From positions 1 through 56,972 of IMG/VR virus record IMGVR_UViG_3300018839_000093: 56,972 nt of DNA; one strand, given 5' to 3'. Each line of letters begins with the position of its first letter. Position 1 is the stretch's first letter. Below the pieces are notes generated by a model. That model had not been told where the DNA came from, ran no database searches, and worked only from the letters and a program-made list of their open reading frames with translations. Source of the stretch: a virus. Its lineage: Duplodnaviria > Caudoviricetes. Shown in pieces: positions 35,081-45,381 of the stretch. The translations under genes and the position numbers were made by a program.

Positions 35081-36604
35081 ATGGCGTTATTTCAAAAAGG
35101 CGCACAATTTCCGCCTGCCGAGGATATTGAGCGGCTCGCCAAATACGAGCGCATGCGCAAACTATTCGACGGAAATCTATACGAAGTCTACGAGCGCGCC
35201 ACGCAAGTATTAAAGGATTCGCCGCAAGCCGAGCAATTAAAAAAGCTATATATTGCGATTAACTTGGCGGACATTATCGTAACCAAGCCCGCCGACTTGC
35301 TCGTTGGCGATTCGCCGGCATACGAAAGCGGAATGCCCGACGATTCGGCGGAACAAAAAGCGCTGAATGCCTACGTCGAGGAAAATGATCTAAATGTACT
35401 TATACACGAAAGCGCAACGGCCAATGGCTATCGCGGCGATTCGTGGATTAAAGTACGCTATGGATACCGCGAAGATTTGACGGAAGTGCGCAATATTTTA
35501 AGCGAAGAACAGTTCGCGGAATATTTAGCGAACTATTCGTTGGAGCCGATTATTGAGCATGTACAAGCGAGCGCGGTATTTCCGGAACTAGCGCGAGGCA
35601 ACGTCAAGAAATTTAAGGCGGTCAACATTGCGACGGTTGAATGGGTGGATAATGGGCGCGAAGAAATACCGTTCTTAAACGTTGAGCGTCATGTGCCAGG
35701 CTTTATTCAATACAAGCGCTATAAACTTTATCCGCTAGACGTTGTAAATACGTTCGGCGTGCCGGTTCAACTATTCCGCATTGGCGACGAAGTATCCACG
35801 GGGCGCGACGAAGATTTAGTCGAAACGGGATTAACGCATATTCCCGTCTTTCATATTCCTTATAAATCAATCGACGATGATTGGCGCGGTATTGGCGGAC
35901 TAGAAAAGCTAGAATCCGTTTTTGCGGCGATTAATGACCGTATTGTTCAAATTGATTATATCTTATGGAAGCACAGCGATCCTACCGCATATGGACCGGA
36001 ACTTGAAGGCAACGAAGGTTCATCAATCGCGTTCGGCGGTCGTTATATACCGGTATCAAAAGACGATGTGGCGCCGGGCTATATGACGTGGAGTGCGCAA
36101 CTAGATTCCGCGTTTAAAGAACTCGATTTGCTAATATCGACCGTTTTCATTATGTCGGAAACGCCACAATGGCTATTCGGAACGGTCATGGCGGGCGACC
36201 AAAAAGGTGGAACAGGAACGTCGCATACGGACAGCACGGCAATTAAGGCACGCTTCATGCCGATATTGAGCAAGGTGAAACGAATACGCAAGCACTACGA
36301 CAAAGCGATTCGCGACGCACTTTGGACGTGCTATTTATTCGATAAGAATTTCGGAGAGTACGAAGGCGATGCCGTTTATCCGACTATTAGTTGGCGCGAT
36401 GGCATACCGCGCAACGAAAAAGAGGAAGCGGAAATCATGGAAATACGGACGGGCCGCAAGCCGACGATTGACGTTCACAGCGCCGTCAAGCGTTTGGACG
36501 AAGTAGACGACGAGAAGGCAAACGAAATTATTAGCCGTATTGATAGTGACGAAGTTCGCGCTAATGGGTTCGTTGACGGCTCGATATTTAATGGCGGTGA
36601 ATAA
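35081..36604 (+). CDS. Portal protein (SPP1-like)
   Basis: 507 aa, synteny, INLADIIV, IPVFHIPY. Confidence 0.85.
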   Translation: MALFQKGAQFPPAEDIERLAKYERMRKLFDGNLYEVYERATQVLKDSPQAEQLKKLYIAINLADIIVTKPADLLVGDSPAYESGMPDDSAEQKALNAYVEENDLNVLIHESATANGYRGDSWIKVRYGYREDLTEVRNILSEEQFAEYLANYSLEPIIEHVQASAVFPELARGNVKKFKAVNIATVEWVDNGREEIPFLNVERHVPGFIQYKRYKLYPLDVVNTFGVPVQLFRIGDEVSTGRDEDLVETGLTHIPVFHIPYKSIDDDWRGIGGLEKLESVFAAINDRIVQIDYILWKHSDPTAYGPELEGNEGSSIAFGGRYIPVSKDDVAPGYMTWSAQLDSAFKELDLLISTVFIMSETPQWLFGTVMAGDQKGGTGTSHTDSTAIKARFMPILSKVKRIRKHYDKAIRDALWTCYLFDKNFGEYEGDAVYPTISWRDGIPRNEKEEAEIMEIRTGRKPTIDVHSAVKRLDEVDDEKANEIISRIDSDEVRANGFVDGSIFNGGE

Positions 36605-36606
36605 TT

Positions 36607-37446
36607 ATGGCGCCACAAATACCGCAACCTGACTACGAATATAACGTTGCACAGTTAGTCGCATATTATAGGCGTGCGCTTGCGGACATACAGCGCGAAC
36701 TTGACCGTTTAGATTTAACGGACACGAGGCGCGCTCATATGCTCGCCGTCCAACGCGAAATCGCCAAGCTATTAAAGGAACTCGACAAAAAAGCGACGGA
36801 ATGGGTCGAGCAAAACATTCCGATTGCCGTCGAGGACGGAATCATACGTACGCTTGTCGCATTAGAACTCGTTGCGAATACGGACGAGGCACGCAAGGTA
36901 GTTGCGTTTAATCGGCTAAACCGCGACTTAATAGCGACAGCCGTTGCCGATACGCAAGCCGATTTGCTGGCGATTACACAAAACGTTGACCGTAAATTAC
37001 GCACGGCCATACGTCAAGCGATGGCGTTAAGCGTTCGTACTAATATGACGCAAGGCATTAATGGCGTACGGACAATTCAACGCGATTTTTTAGCGGAAGC
37101 GCGTGCGATATTAGGCGACGCATTAAATACTGGAATAATTGACGCAGCGAATCGTCGGTGGAAGCCAACGGTTTATGCGGAAATGGTTGCGCGTACAAAA
37201 ATGATGCGTACGCACGAAGAAGCAACCGTTAATGAGGCGGTAAGTAGAGGCGCACTATATGGCGTGATTAGTCGTCATGGTGCGACGGATGCTTGCCGTA
37301 ATTGGGAAGGACGCATAGTAAAGTTGGTGGCGGGCGCGCCAGGTGACTATCCATATGTCGGTAGTCTGCCGCGTCGCGAGATATTTCATCCGAATTGCCG
37401 CCATCAAATACTGCCTTTGCGCGATCCTGACCGTTTGAATAATTAA
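36607..37446 (+). CDS. Minor capsid / head morphogenesis protein
   Basis: YAEMVART, HPNCRH. Confidence 0.85.
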   Translation: MAPQIPQPDYEYNVAQLVAYYRRALADIQRELDRLDLTDTRRAHMLAVQREIAKLLKELDKKATEWVEQNIPIAVEDGIIRTLVALELVANTDEARKVVAFNRLNRDLIATAVADTQADLLAITQNVDRKLRTAIRQAMALSVRTNMTQGINGVRTIQRDFLAEARAILGDALNTGIIDAANRRWKPTVYAEMVARTKMMRTHEEATVNEAVSRGALYGVISRHGATDACRNWEGRIVKLVAGAPGDYPYVGSLPRREIFHPNCRHQILPLRDPDRLNN

Positions 37447-37525
37447 TTTACTGCCTTACGGAATGGCGTAAAACTTTCGGTTTTTAAACTTAACAGCCGA
37501 CGGGCTTTAAACGGGAGGTACGAAT

Positions 37526-38230
37526 ATGGAGAAAAAGTTTTTATTACCTTTAAATTTACAGTTTTTCGCTGATGAATCCGTAGATAATGCGGAACAACAA
37601 CAGCCGCAAGATACGGAAGAAAATAAGCCGGAATCAAAAGTATTCACGCAAGAGGAAATCGATAAAATTATCGCTGACCGTATCGCGCGTGAACGTAAAA
37701 AATATGCCGACTACGACGAAATTAAAACGAAAGCAGCCGAATATGAAAAGGCGCTTGAAGAAAAGCGTTTAGCGGAGTTGAGCGAAAAAGAACGGCTGGA
37801 AGAAATCGCGAAAAAGTACGAGCAAGAAAAAGAGCAGCTTGCGAAACAATTAGAGGAATTTAAGACGCAAGCGCAACGCGAAAAAGTCGTAAACGCATTT
37901 ATTAAGGCGGCACCAAGCGTAAACATACCGTCAGACCGAATAGACGCTGCTTTAAAACTTGCCGATTTATCCGCGGTAACAATCGGCGAGGATGGCAAAG
38001 TCGAGGGAATTGACGCGGTGTTAACTACGCTTGTTGAGCAATATACATTTTTAGCGGAATCCAAAAAGCCGCAACAAAAGCCGATCGGTGAAAGTACAAA
38101 TGGACCAAAAGAGGTTGCAGAAAAAACAGCGGAACAATTACTTAAAGAGGCCGCAGAGAAAGCGCGTCGCACGGGCAAGCCCGAAGATTTAGCGGCGTAT
38201 GCAAAATTAAAGCGTGAATTAGGTAAATAA
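37526..38230 (+). CDS. Capsid scaffolding protein
   Basis: LNLQFFA N-terminus, FTQEEIDKII, coiled coil. Confidence 0.88.
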   Translation: MEKKFLLPLNLQFFADESVDNAEQQQPQDTEENKPESKVFTQEEIDKIIADRIARERKKYADYDEIKTKAAEYEKALEEKRLAELSEKERLEEIAKKYEQEKEQLAKQLEEFKTQAQREKVVNAFIKAAPSVNIPSDRIDAALKLADLSAVTIGEDGKVEGIDAVLTTLVEQYTFLAESKKPQQKPIGESTNGPKEVAEKTAEQLLKEAAEKARRTGKPEDLAAYAKLKRELGK

Positions 38231-38232
38231 AG

Positions 38233-38258
38233 AAGGGCGCCAATTATGGCGTCTTTTT
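38233..38258 (+). terminator. Hairpin with T-tract between scaffold and capsid genes
   Basis: AGGGCGCCA-ATTA-TGGCGTCTTTTT. Confidence 0.65.
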
Positions 38259-38293
38259 AAATTAAAAAATATTAATCTAGGAGGAATATTAGA

Positions 38294-39385
38294 ATGTCTA
38301 AAATTTTATCAGGTGAATTAGTAGGTAAACGCGAATCAGTAGTCGACCAAATTTTACTTTTAAACGAGCATCAAACTCCACTACTAAATCTATTAGGATT
38401 TAGCGATCCAGTTTCACAAGTTGAGCATGTATGGTTTGAAGATTCTTTATACGCTGACGAGTCAACAGTAAGTGGCGCTAAATTAGCGGCTGACACTACT
38501 ATTACAGTAGCAGACGCAGAGCCATTCCGTGCCGGACACGTTGTTAAAATTGGCGAAGAATTATTGAAAGTTACTGCGGTAAATGGTAGCGACTTAACAG
38601 TTGTACGCGGATATGCAGGAACAACTGCTGCGGACATCGCAGACGGCGCTCAAATCGAAGTACAATTCGTTGAAGGGCAAGAAGGTGCTGACGCTCGCGA
38701 ATCTCGCTACAAAGCCCGCAAGCGCGTATCTAACTTCACGCAAATTTTCGATGAAACGGTTTCTATTTCCGGAACTGCTGCCGCGGTTGCTAGTTACGGA
38801 ATCGACGACCTTTACGAGTACGAAAAACAAAAGAAACAATTAGAATTAGCGCTTCAATTAGAAAAAGCGTTAATCAACGGAGTTAAATACGAATCAGGAG
38901 ACGGACTTGTTCGTCAAATGGGCGGTTTCCGTCACTATATCCAAACAAACGTCGTAGACGGCGGTAACGCTGCGCTAACTGACGAGAAAATCAACGACGC
39001 TATGCAAAAAATCTACGAAAAAGGCGGATTTGCAAACGGCGGAATGTATAAAATCATGGCGGGTGCTAAACAAAAACGCGCGATGTCAAACTTCCAAAAA
39101 TCTGATGTTCGTTTAACTCGCGCAGAAAATACTCGCGGTCAAGTTGTAGATTTCTTCGTTTCTGACTTCGGTCAAGCTGAAATCATCCTTAACAACAACT
39201 TAAAAGCGGACGAAATCGTTATCTTCGACGCTAACCGTGTAGCTGTTAAGCCTTTACAAGGTCGCGAATTCTTCCATGAATATTTAGGTAAAAAAGGCGA
39301 CTATTTCGAAGGCCAAATCGTTGGGGAATACGTTTTAGAGTTCAAACAAGAAGGCGCACATGCGCGTATTAAAAATCTCGGTTAA
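38294..39385 (+). CDS. Major capsid protein (DUF5309/SU10-like)
   Basis: After scaffold; NFTQIFDETVSISGT, LEKALING; highly expressed codon usage. Confidence 0.85.
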   Translation: MSKILSGELVGKRESVVDQILLLNEHQTPLLNLLGFSDPVSQVEHVWFEDSLYADESTVSGAKLAADTTITVADAEPFRAGHVVKIGEELLKVTAVNGSDLTVVRGYAGTTAADIADGAQIEVQFVEGQEGADARESRYKARKRVSNFTQIFDETVSISGTAAAVASYGIDDLYEYEKQKKQLELALQLEKALINGVKYESGDGLVRQMGGFRHYIQTNVVDGGNAALTDEKINDAMQKIYEKGGFANGGMYKIMAGAKQKRAMSNFQKSDVRLTRAENTRGQVVDFFVSDFGQAEIILNNNLKADEIVIFDANRVAVKPLQGREFFHEYLGKKGDYFEGQIVGEYVLEFKQEGAHARIKNLG

Positions 39386-39396
39386 TTAAACTAAAC

Positions 39397-39417
39397 GCCC
39401 GTCTATTTTAGGCGGGC
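39397..39417 (+). terminator. Hairpin after the capsid gene
   Basis: GCCCGTCTA-TTT-TAGGCGGGC. Confidence 0.55.
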
Positions 39418-39436
39418 TAAACTATTACGCCTGGAG

Positions 39437-39679
39437 GTGCTTGAACCAATGGCGGTTTTTGAATCGCGATATAAGGAACTTGGTTTCTACGTAAATAACA
39501 GTTTTAAAACGTTCAAGAACGGTCGTTATGTGACCGAAAACGCTGTCGAAATCAAAGCGTTAGAAAAATTAGCGGACGTCAAGCGCATTGACGAGCCAAA
39601 AGCAAAAGAAGAACCAAAGGCGGAGGAAACGGACGCCAAGCCGAAAAAAGCGCCAACACGCAAATCCTCCGCAAAATAA
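39437..39679 (+). CDS. Small virion-associated protein
   Basis: Synteny, Lys-rich tail; start may be ATG 39449. Confidence 0.65.
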   Translation: MLEPMAVFESRYKELGFYVNNSFKTFKNGRYVTENAVEIKALEKLADVKRIDEPKAKEEPKAEETDAKPKKAPTRKSSAK

Positions 39680-39698
39680 GAAAGCGGGGTGATCGCGC

Positions 39699-40085
39699 GT
39701 GGCGATTAATATAACGGATGCAAACGTTTATATCGAATCAAACGTAATTGATATAGAGGATTGGCAAGGCTCGGACGACGATAAAAAGCAACGGATACTA
39801 AACGTTGCCAACACGGTACTCACGCGCAAATATGGCGACTATATTATACCGGACGAGGCCGTTTATGAATATGCGGCATCATTAGCGATTGCATACAACG
39901 ATACCAACCGTCTAAATAATCAAGGTATTGCGGGCTTTTCGATTACGGGCGTCGGCTCGTTCAATTTTAAAGATACGTTGCAGCGCGATTTAGAGTCGTT
40001 CATACCGAAAACGGCGATTGATTTAATCGGCGAAACCAACGGCGTCAAACTCGGCGGACGTCAAGCGAAATGGACGGTGTTGTAG
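39699..40085 (+). CDS. Head-tail adaptor
   Basis: Synteny and size. Confidence 0.65.
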   Translation: MAINITDANVYIESNVIDIEDWQGSDDDKKQRILNVANTVLTRKYGDYIIPDEAVYEYAASLAIAYNDTNRLNNQGIAGFSITGVGSFNFKDTLQRDLESFIPKTAIDLIGETNGVKLGGRQAKWTVL

Positions 40086-40086
40086 C

Positions 40087-40419
40087 ATGCCAATCATTCC
40101 TATGCGTCAAACAATAACGATTAAAAGGGGCGAACAGTTGGACGATTGGGGGCGACCAATTCCCGGACAAGAATTCGTTTTAAAATGCCGCGCGGATGAA
40201 GGCGCAACCATCGTACAAAGTCGTTCGGGTTCAACTATCCGTAGCGAAGAATTTAAGGCGGTTGCGCGTTTCTTAATAGACGGACTAGCCGACATAAAAT
40301 ATGACGACGTTATCGTTTTCAAAAACGAGCGCGACGAAATCATTGAACGCAAGCCGGCGGAAATCAACGTAAAGCGCCACGTCAGCGGTAAGCCGTTATT
40401 GACGGAGGTGTACGTATGA
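40087..40419 (+). CDS. Head closure protein
   Basis: Synteny, DDWGRP. Confidence 0.6.
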   Translation: MPIIPMRQTITIKRGEQLDDWGRPIPGQEFVLKCRADEGATIVQSRSGSTIRSEEFKAVARFLIDGLADIKYDDVIVFKNERDEIIERKPAEINVKRHVSGKPLLTEVYV

Positions 40420-40844
40420 GTTTCGAGTTGGATGCGAGCGAAGTATTGCGCGGTTTAAGTTTAAAAGATAAAGCGGTCATGGACGGTGCTAAACGTGGAT
40501 TGCACGACTCAATGGACGATTTAAAGCGAATCTCCGTTAATATTGCGCCGATTGATACGGGCACGTTGCGTAGGTCGGCAAGCTATCGCGTAATGCCGAA
40601 AGCGAATGGTATCGTCGGCGAATTAACGTTCAGCGCAACCGAAAAGGACGGCAACGGCCACTTTAATTACGCCTATTGGACGCATGAAATGACGTATAAA
40701 CTAGGCCATAAATCGAAGCAGGCGCCAGGAACGGACGGTTACGAAGTCGGAAACAAATACGTAGAACGTCCGCTAAAAGGTGAGGCCAACAAATATATGC
40801 GTTGGATAGCGGAAGAAATACGGAAGGAAGTGGATAAGGCGTGA
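40416..40844 (+). CDS. HK97 gp10-like neck protein
   Basis: APIDTGTLRRS, YAYWTHE. Confidence 0.75.
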   Translation: MSFELDASEVLRGLSLKDKAVMDGAKRGLHDSMDDLKRISVNIAPIDTGTLRRSASYRVMPKANGIVGELTFSATEKDGNGHFNYAYWTHEMTYKLGHKSKQAPGTDGYEVGNKYVERPLKGEANKYMRWIAEEIRKEVDKA

Positions 40845-41215
40845 AAATACTCGAATTAATATCGTTTATTAGGACGCGAGTCAATGGCGTTTATTATCCG
40901 AACGACTTTCCGTTGACTGCAACCGACAAATGCGCCGTTGTACGATTGACGGGCGGATTTCCGCCGAATCAATGGACGGGCAAAAAGCAGCCGTCGTTTC
41001 AAATTTTAGTCCGCGGACGTGCTGACGATCCTGCCGAAGTTGAGAATCGTGCTTACGCGATACATGATGCGCTAACTAATTTGCGCGAAGTACAAATCGG
41101 TAACGAGTCAATAGTCGTCATACGAGCGACAAATAGTACGCCGATTCATATAGGAATGGACGAGAATGGTAGACCAATTTATACGATGAATTTCGATTGC
41201 GTGGTACGCCCATAA
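40841..41215 (+). CDS. Tail terminator / minor capsid protein
   Basis: PSFQILVRG, IGMDENGRP. Confidence 0.7.
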   Translation: MKILELISFIRTRVNGVYYPNDFPLTATDKCAVVRLTGGFPPNQWTGKKQPSFQILVRGRADDPAEVENRAYAIHDALTNLREVQIGNESIVVIRATNSTPIHIGMDENGRPIYTMNFDCVVRP

Positions 41216-41268
41216 CGGCTAACCGCGCTTTTATTTTTATAAAAATCTAAACATGGAGGGCGAAGTAA

Positions 41269-41805
41269 ATGGCGGGAATAAACGTTCCTATCGGTCCTGC
41301 GAAAGTCGAATTCGGCGAAGGCGCTGACCTTACTGTATTCGATATTACAAAGGGCGGTATTCAATTCCAAGCGTCAACGACAAAGCAAGATATTACCGTC
41401 GACCAATACGGGGATACGGTTGTCAAAAGTATCATGAAAGGTCGTACGGCGCAAGTTACAGTTCCGTTTGCTTTACACGATATTGATAAATTAGCAAAGG
41501 TTATTCCGAATAGCGAACTTGTGACAGACAGTGTAGACGCAACTAAAAAGAAATTAGTAGTTAAATCGCAAGCTGGCTACGACTTATTAGCAGCCGCGAA
41601 AAAACTTGTCATTAAACCAACTGACCCGAACGCTACGGCTAACGATTGGATTACAATTCCGTTGGCTGGCGCTATGGCTGATCCTGAATACACATACGAT
41701 AGCGATAATGAGCGCATCGTAAATATCACTTTTATCGCATACCCTGACATTGATAATGATGGAGAATTATTTATTTTAGGCGACGAAACTGCGGTTTCCG
41801 CTTAA
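41269..41805 (+). CDS. Major tail tube protein
   Basis: Synteny, IGPAKVEFG, TKGGI, VDQYG. Confidence 0.8.
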   Translation: MAGINVPIGPAKVEFGEGADLTVFDITKGGIQFQASTTKQDITVDQYGDTVVKSIMKGRTAQVTVPFALHDIDKLAKVIPNSELVTDSVDATKKKLVVKSQAGYDLLAAAKKLVIKPTDPNATANDWITIPLAGAMADPEYTYDSDNERIVNITFIAYPDIDNDGELFILGDETAVSA

Positions 41806-41813
41806 TGACTCAT

Positions 41814-41836
41814 GGGCGCTTTAGTGGCGCCCTTTT
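41814..41836 (+). terminator. Terminator after the major tail gene
   Basis: GGGCGCT-TTAGT-GGCGCCC-TTTT. Confidence 0.7.
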
Positions 41837-41863
41837 AATTTAAAAATAACGGAGGGATTACCG

Positions 41864-42247
41864 TTGAAATCATTATTTTCGAAAGAAACAGCGCTTGGCA
41901 AGAACGAAATGTATCTCGGTGACAAGCGCGTTAAAATAAATAAACTTACGCCTAATAAATGGCGGCAACTATTCGAAACGGTCGATAAATTGCCTGGTCT
42001 TATCGTTCAAGTCTTAACGGCGCCAGCAGACGACTTTTATGCGTATGTCATAAGCGCGTGTGATTTGGCTTTGGATGAAGTTGTAAACATAGTCGCTATA
42101 TTATCGGATGTTGATTCGGAATACATTCGCGAAAATGTCGGCATTGACGAGATTATTGAATACTTAACGCGGACAGTACAGCGCAATAGACTCGATCAAA
42201 CGGTAAAAAACTTGACGAGCCTTCTTCCGAAGCCAAAAACGAAGTAA
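41864..42247 (+). CDS. Tail assembly chaperone (G)
   Basis: Between tail tube and tape measure genes; slippery site near its end. Confidence 0.8.
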   Translation: MKSLFSKETALGKNEMYLGDKRVKINKLTPNKWRQLFETVDKLPGLIVQVLTAPADDFYAYVISACDLALDEVVNIVAILSDVDSEYIRENVGIDEIIEYLTRTVQRNRLDQTVKNLTSLLPKPKTK

Positions 42248-42582
42248 GTGCGGAGGAAGGCGATAAATATACAATTGACGACTTTTTGCTCGACTGTTCC
42301 GTCGTGCTTGGCGTCAGTCAAATCGATATAGAACGCAATTATTATATGGTCGACTTGCCGGAATTGCTGGTACGAAAACGAAAAAATGACGCCATGCAAC
42401 GATTAACAGACTTGCGCGTTTTAATTGCGTCCAATAACCGCATGATTGAGGACGCGGAATATAAAACGCTTGTAAACGAATTTACGAAGGCGGTCGGTAT
42501 TAAGCCTCGAAATACATTTGACCGCAATAAGTTTGAACAGTTGCGCGCCTTAACGATGATGGGCGCAAATAAAGCGAAATAA
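42205..42582 (+). CDS. Tail chaperone GT extension via -1 frameshift
   Basis: A-AAA-AAC at 42205-42211; the -1 frame is open into ORF 42286..42582. Confidence 0.8.
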   Translation, partial: KKLDEPSSEAKNEVSAEEGDKYTIDDFLLDCSVVLGVSQIDIERNYYMVDLPELLVRKRKNDAMQRLTDLRVLIASNNRMIEDAEYKTLVNEFTKAVGIKPRNTFDRNKFEQLRALTMMGANKAK

Positions 42583-42597
42583 AGGAGGTGCGAATCA

Positions 42598-45381
42598 TTG
42601 GCAAACGCGGGAGAAATAAAAGCACGCATAACACTCGAGAACGAACAGTTTAAGCGCAAGATGGCGGAATCTCGCCAAGAACTTCAAAATACGAGCAAAT
42701 CTTCAAAACAGTTAAGTAAAGATATGGCCGCCATACAACGCGCTAGTTTAGCGGTAGCCACCGCCATCGGTGTCGGAGTTGGTAGTGCGGTCACAGTCGC
42801 GGCGAACTTTGAAAAACAAATGAGCGCGGTTAAGGCGGTTTCGGGCGCTACGGCTGACGAAATGGAAAAATTAACGCAACTAGCGATGGACCTCGGAGAA
42901 TCAACGGCATTTAGCGCAGGTGAAGCGGCGCAAGGTATCGAGGAATTAATCAAAGCGGGTGTAACTGTTGAGCAAATACTGAATGGCGGATTGCAAGGCG
43001 CATTAGACCTCGCCGCCGCAGGAAATCTCGGACTAGCCGAAGCGGCGGAAATAGCGTCAACGGCGCTTAATGCGTTCCGTGACGATAGCCTATCGGTTGT
43101 AGACGCGGCTAACGTTTTGGCAGGCGCAGCTAACGCATCGGCAACTGACGTTTCAGAATTACGGTTTGGATTATCGCAAGTATCTGCGGTAGCGTCGGGC
43201 GTTGGAATGTCGTTTAAAGATACGGCGACAGCGCTTGCAGTATTCGCTCAGAACGGTTTAAAAGGATCAGACGCGGGTACGTCGCTAAAAACGATGCTAC
43301 AAAACTTGCAGCCGACGACGAAACAACAAATCGAATTATTCGAGGAATTAGGCTTAATGGCGGAAGATGGAACGAATAAATTCTTCGACCAAGAAGGGCA
43401 GTTGCGCAGTTTATCCGAAATTGCCGGCATTCTTCGCGAATCAATGGAGGGTATGACCGACCAACAACGCATGCTTGCGATGGAAACGATATTTGGCTCG
43501 GACGCCATTCGTGCGGCCAACGTTCTTTATAAAGAGGGCGCAGACGGCATCGAAAATATGTGGGACGCTATGAGCAAGGTAACGGCGGCGGAAGTAGCGG
43601 AAACCAAACTCGATAACCTCGCCGGTGCGTTCGAGGAATTTCAAGGCGCATTAGAAACGCTAGGAATCACGATAGGCTCGGAATTTTTGCCGGTATTTAC
43701 CGATATTGTTCGATGGGCGACGGACGTTGTTCGTTCAATGGGCGACATTGACGGTAAGACGGTCAAAGCAGGCATAGCGTTCGCGGGCACAGCCGCAACC
43801 ATAGCGCTAGTCGTGTCAACCGTTGTAAAGCTAGTGACGGCATTAAGGACGCTTGCATTAAGCATGGGTCCAGCGGGTTGGATAATTACGGCGTTATCGC
43901 TATTAGGCGGCGCAGTAATGGGCGTTAAAGTAGCGATGGAGGAAACGGAAGTATCGTTCGAGGAATTAGAATCGCAATTCCGCGAAACGCAAAATATAGA
44001 CGCAAGCATTGACCGATTTGAGCAGTTGCGGGCAAAAATGCGCCTATCCAACGAGGAACTGGCACGTTTCGTCGATATTAATTCGCTTTTAAGACAGACG
44101 GCTGATCCGCAGATTATAGAGGCGTTACGAAACGAGCAGAATCAGTTGCTCGAAAAGTCCGGACTAACAAACGAAGAATTTGCGGAATTTTTAAGATTGA
44201 ACGAGGAATTAATTCAGAAGTTGCCGGACGTAACGAAGGAAATCACCGATCAAGGTAACGCATTAGTGGCTAATGCCGAGGCAGCGCGTCAATTAACGCG
44301 TGAAAAGTACGAGCAGTTGCGAATTGATTTAGAGGCTAAACGAGACAAACTCGAAATGGAACGTACGAAAAACCTCGAGCGTCAAAAAGAATTAATCGCG
44401 ACAATAAAAAAGGCGGAAGCTGAACGTGAGAAAATAGCGGAGAAAATTGAAGTGCGCGAAAGCAATATCCGACGTTTTAAAGAGGAAATTAAAGCGTTAG
44501 AGAAGGAAAATACGGACGAAGCACGTTTACAGATTGCGATGATTGAGAAGGAAATTGTAGCAGAGGAAGAAGCAATCCAAAAGCTATTAACGAAAAAGGC
44601 GTATCAATCCGAAGTAGTTAAATTGAATTCCGAAGAACTTCGCAAAATCGAAAAGAAAATCGGCGACCTCGATAAAGTTAATCGCAAGCTAGTGGAGATT
44701 GAACTGCAATATGCCGGCATTAATGCGGAAAGCGGTAAGGAATTAACGACTATTGACGCAAAGATTCGCAAACTAGAGGAAGAAAAAGCGAAGTTAGAAG
44801 AAACCACGCCGGCCGCACGCAAAAATACGGAAGAATATCGGGATCAAGTTGCTAACCTCGATAAGCAGATTGAACGATTAAAAACGGCGCAATCGAATAT
44901 TCAAGAAATTATCGAGGATTCACAAACGCTAAATGCGGAACTTGCGAAAACCGTTACGAAAGAAGTACGCGTCCGAACGGTAGGAACGGCGGAACTACTT
45001 CGCGGCCCACAACGTTTGACATATCATACGGGCGGAATTGTGCCGAAACTTCATATCGGAGGCACTTATGCGCAACGTTTCCAAAACATGCCGATGCACG
45101 ACGAAGTTGATGTTCGCATACGCCCTAACGAAATGATTTTAACCGAAGCGCAACAGGCGTCCTTATTCCGTTTGCTAGATTCGTATATTCCTTCGCAACC
45201 TATTAACAACGATAGCAACGAATTAAGTCGTGTTGCGACGATGTTGGCGGAAGTTGCCGGTCGCCCGATTCAAGTCGAACTAACGGCAGAAGGGCGCAAG
45301 CTAGCGGAAGTAACCGTCGACCCAATGTCCGAGTTGCTTGACCGCAAAGCAAAACAAACGAGAAGGGGGCGCGGTTTATGA
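42598..45381 (+). CDS. Tape measure protein (TP901 family)
   Basis: FEKQMSAVKAVSGAT, GLKGSDAGTSLK, Ala-rich, coiled coil. Confidence 0.93.
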   Translation: MANAGEIKARITLENEQFKRKMAESRQELQNTSKSSKQLSKDMAAIQRASLAVATAIGVGVGSAVTVAANFEKQMSAVKAVSGATADEMEKLTQLAMDLGESTAFSAGEAAQGIEELIKAGVTVEQILNGGLQGALDLAAAGNLGLAEAAEIASTALNAFRDDSLSVVDAANVLAGAANASATDVSELRFGLSQVSAVASGVGMSFKDTATALAVFAQNGLKGSDAGTSLKTMLQNLQPTTKQQIELFEELGLMAEDGTNKFFDQEGQLRSLSEIAGILRESMEGMTDQQRMLAMETIFGSDAIRAANVLYKEGADGIENMWDAMSKVTAAEVAETKLDNLAGAFEEFQGALETLGITIGSEFLPVFTDIVRWATDVVRSMGDIDGKTVKAGIAFAGTAATIALVVSTVVKLVTALRTLALSMGPAGWIITALSLLGGAVMGVKVAMEETEVSFEELESQFRETQNIDASIDRFEQLRAKMRLSNEELARFVDINSLLRQTADPQIIEALRNEQNQLLEKSGLTNEEFAEFLRLNEELIQKLPDVTKEITDQGNALVANAEAARQLTREKYEQLRIDLEAKRDKLEMERTKNLERQKELIATIKKAEAEREKIAEKIEVRESNIRRFKEEIKALEKENTDEARLQIAMIEKEIVAEEEAIQKLLTKKAYQSEVVKLNSEELRKIEKKIGDLDKVNRKLVEIELQYAGINAESGKELTTIDAKIRKLEEEKAKLEETTPAARKNTEEYRDQVANLDKQIERLKTAQSNIQEIIEDSQTLNAELAKTVTKEVRVRTVGTAELLRGPQRLTYHTGGIVPKLHIGGTYAQRFQNMPMHDEVDVRIRPNEMILTEAQQASLFRLLDSYIPSQPINNDSNELSRVATMLAEVAGRPIQVELTAEGRKLAEVTVDPMSELLDRKAKQTRRGRGL

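Noticed and set aside
37711-38178. Long antisense ORFs inside structural and replication genes (also 14251..14709, 43641..44051, 48949..49440, 54794..55243)
   Set aside because: Shadow frames of well-supported plus-strand genes
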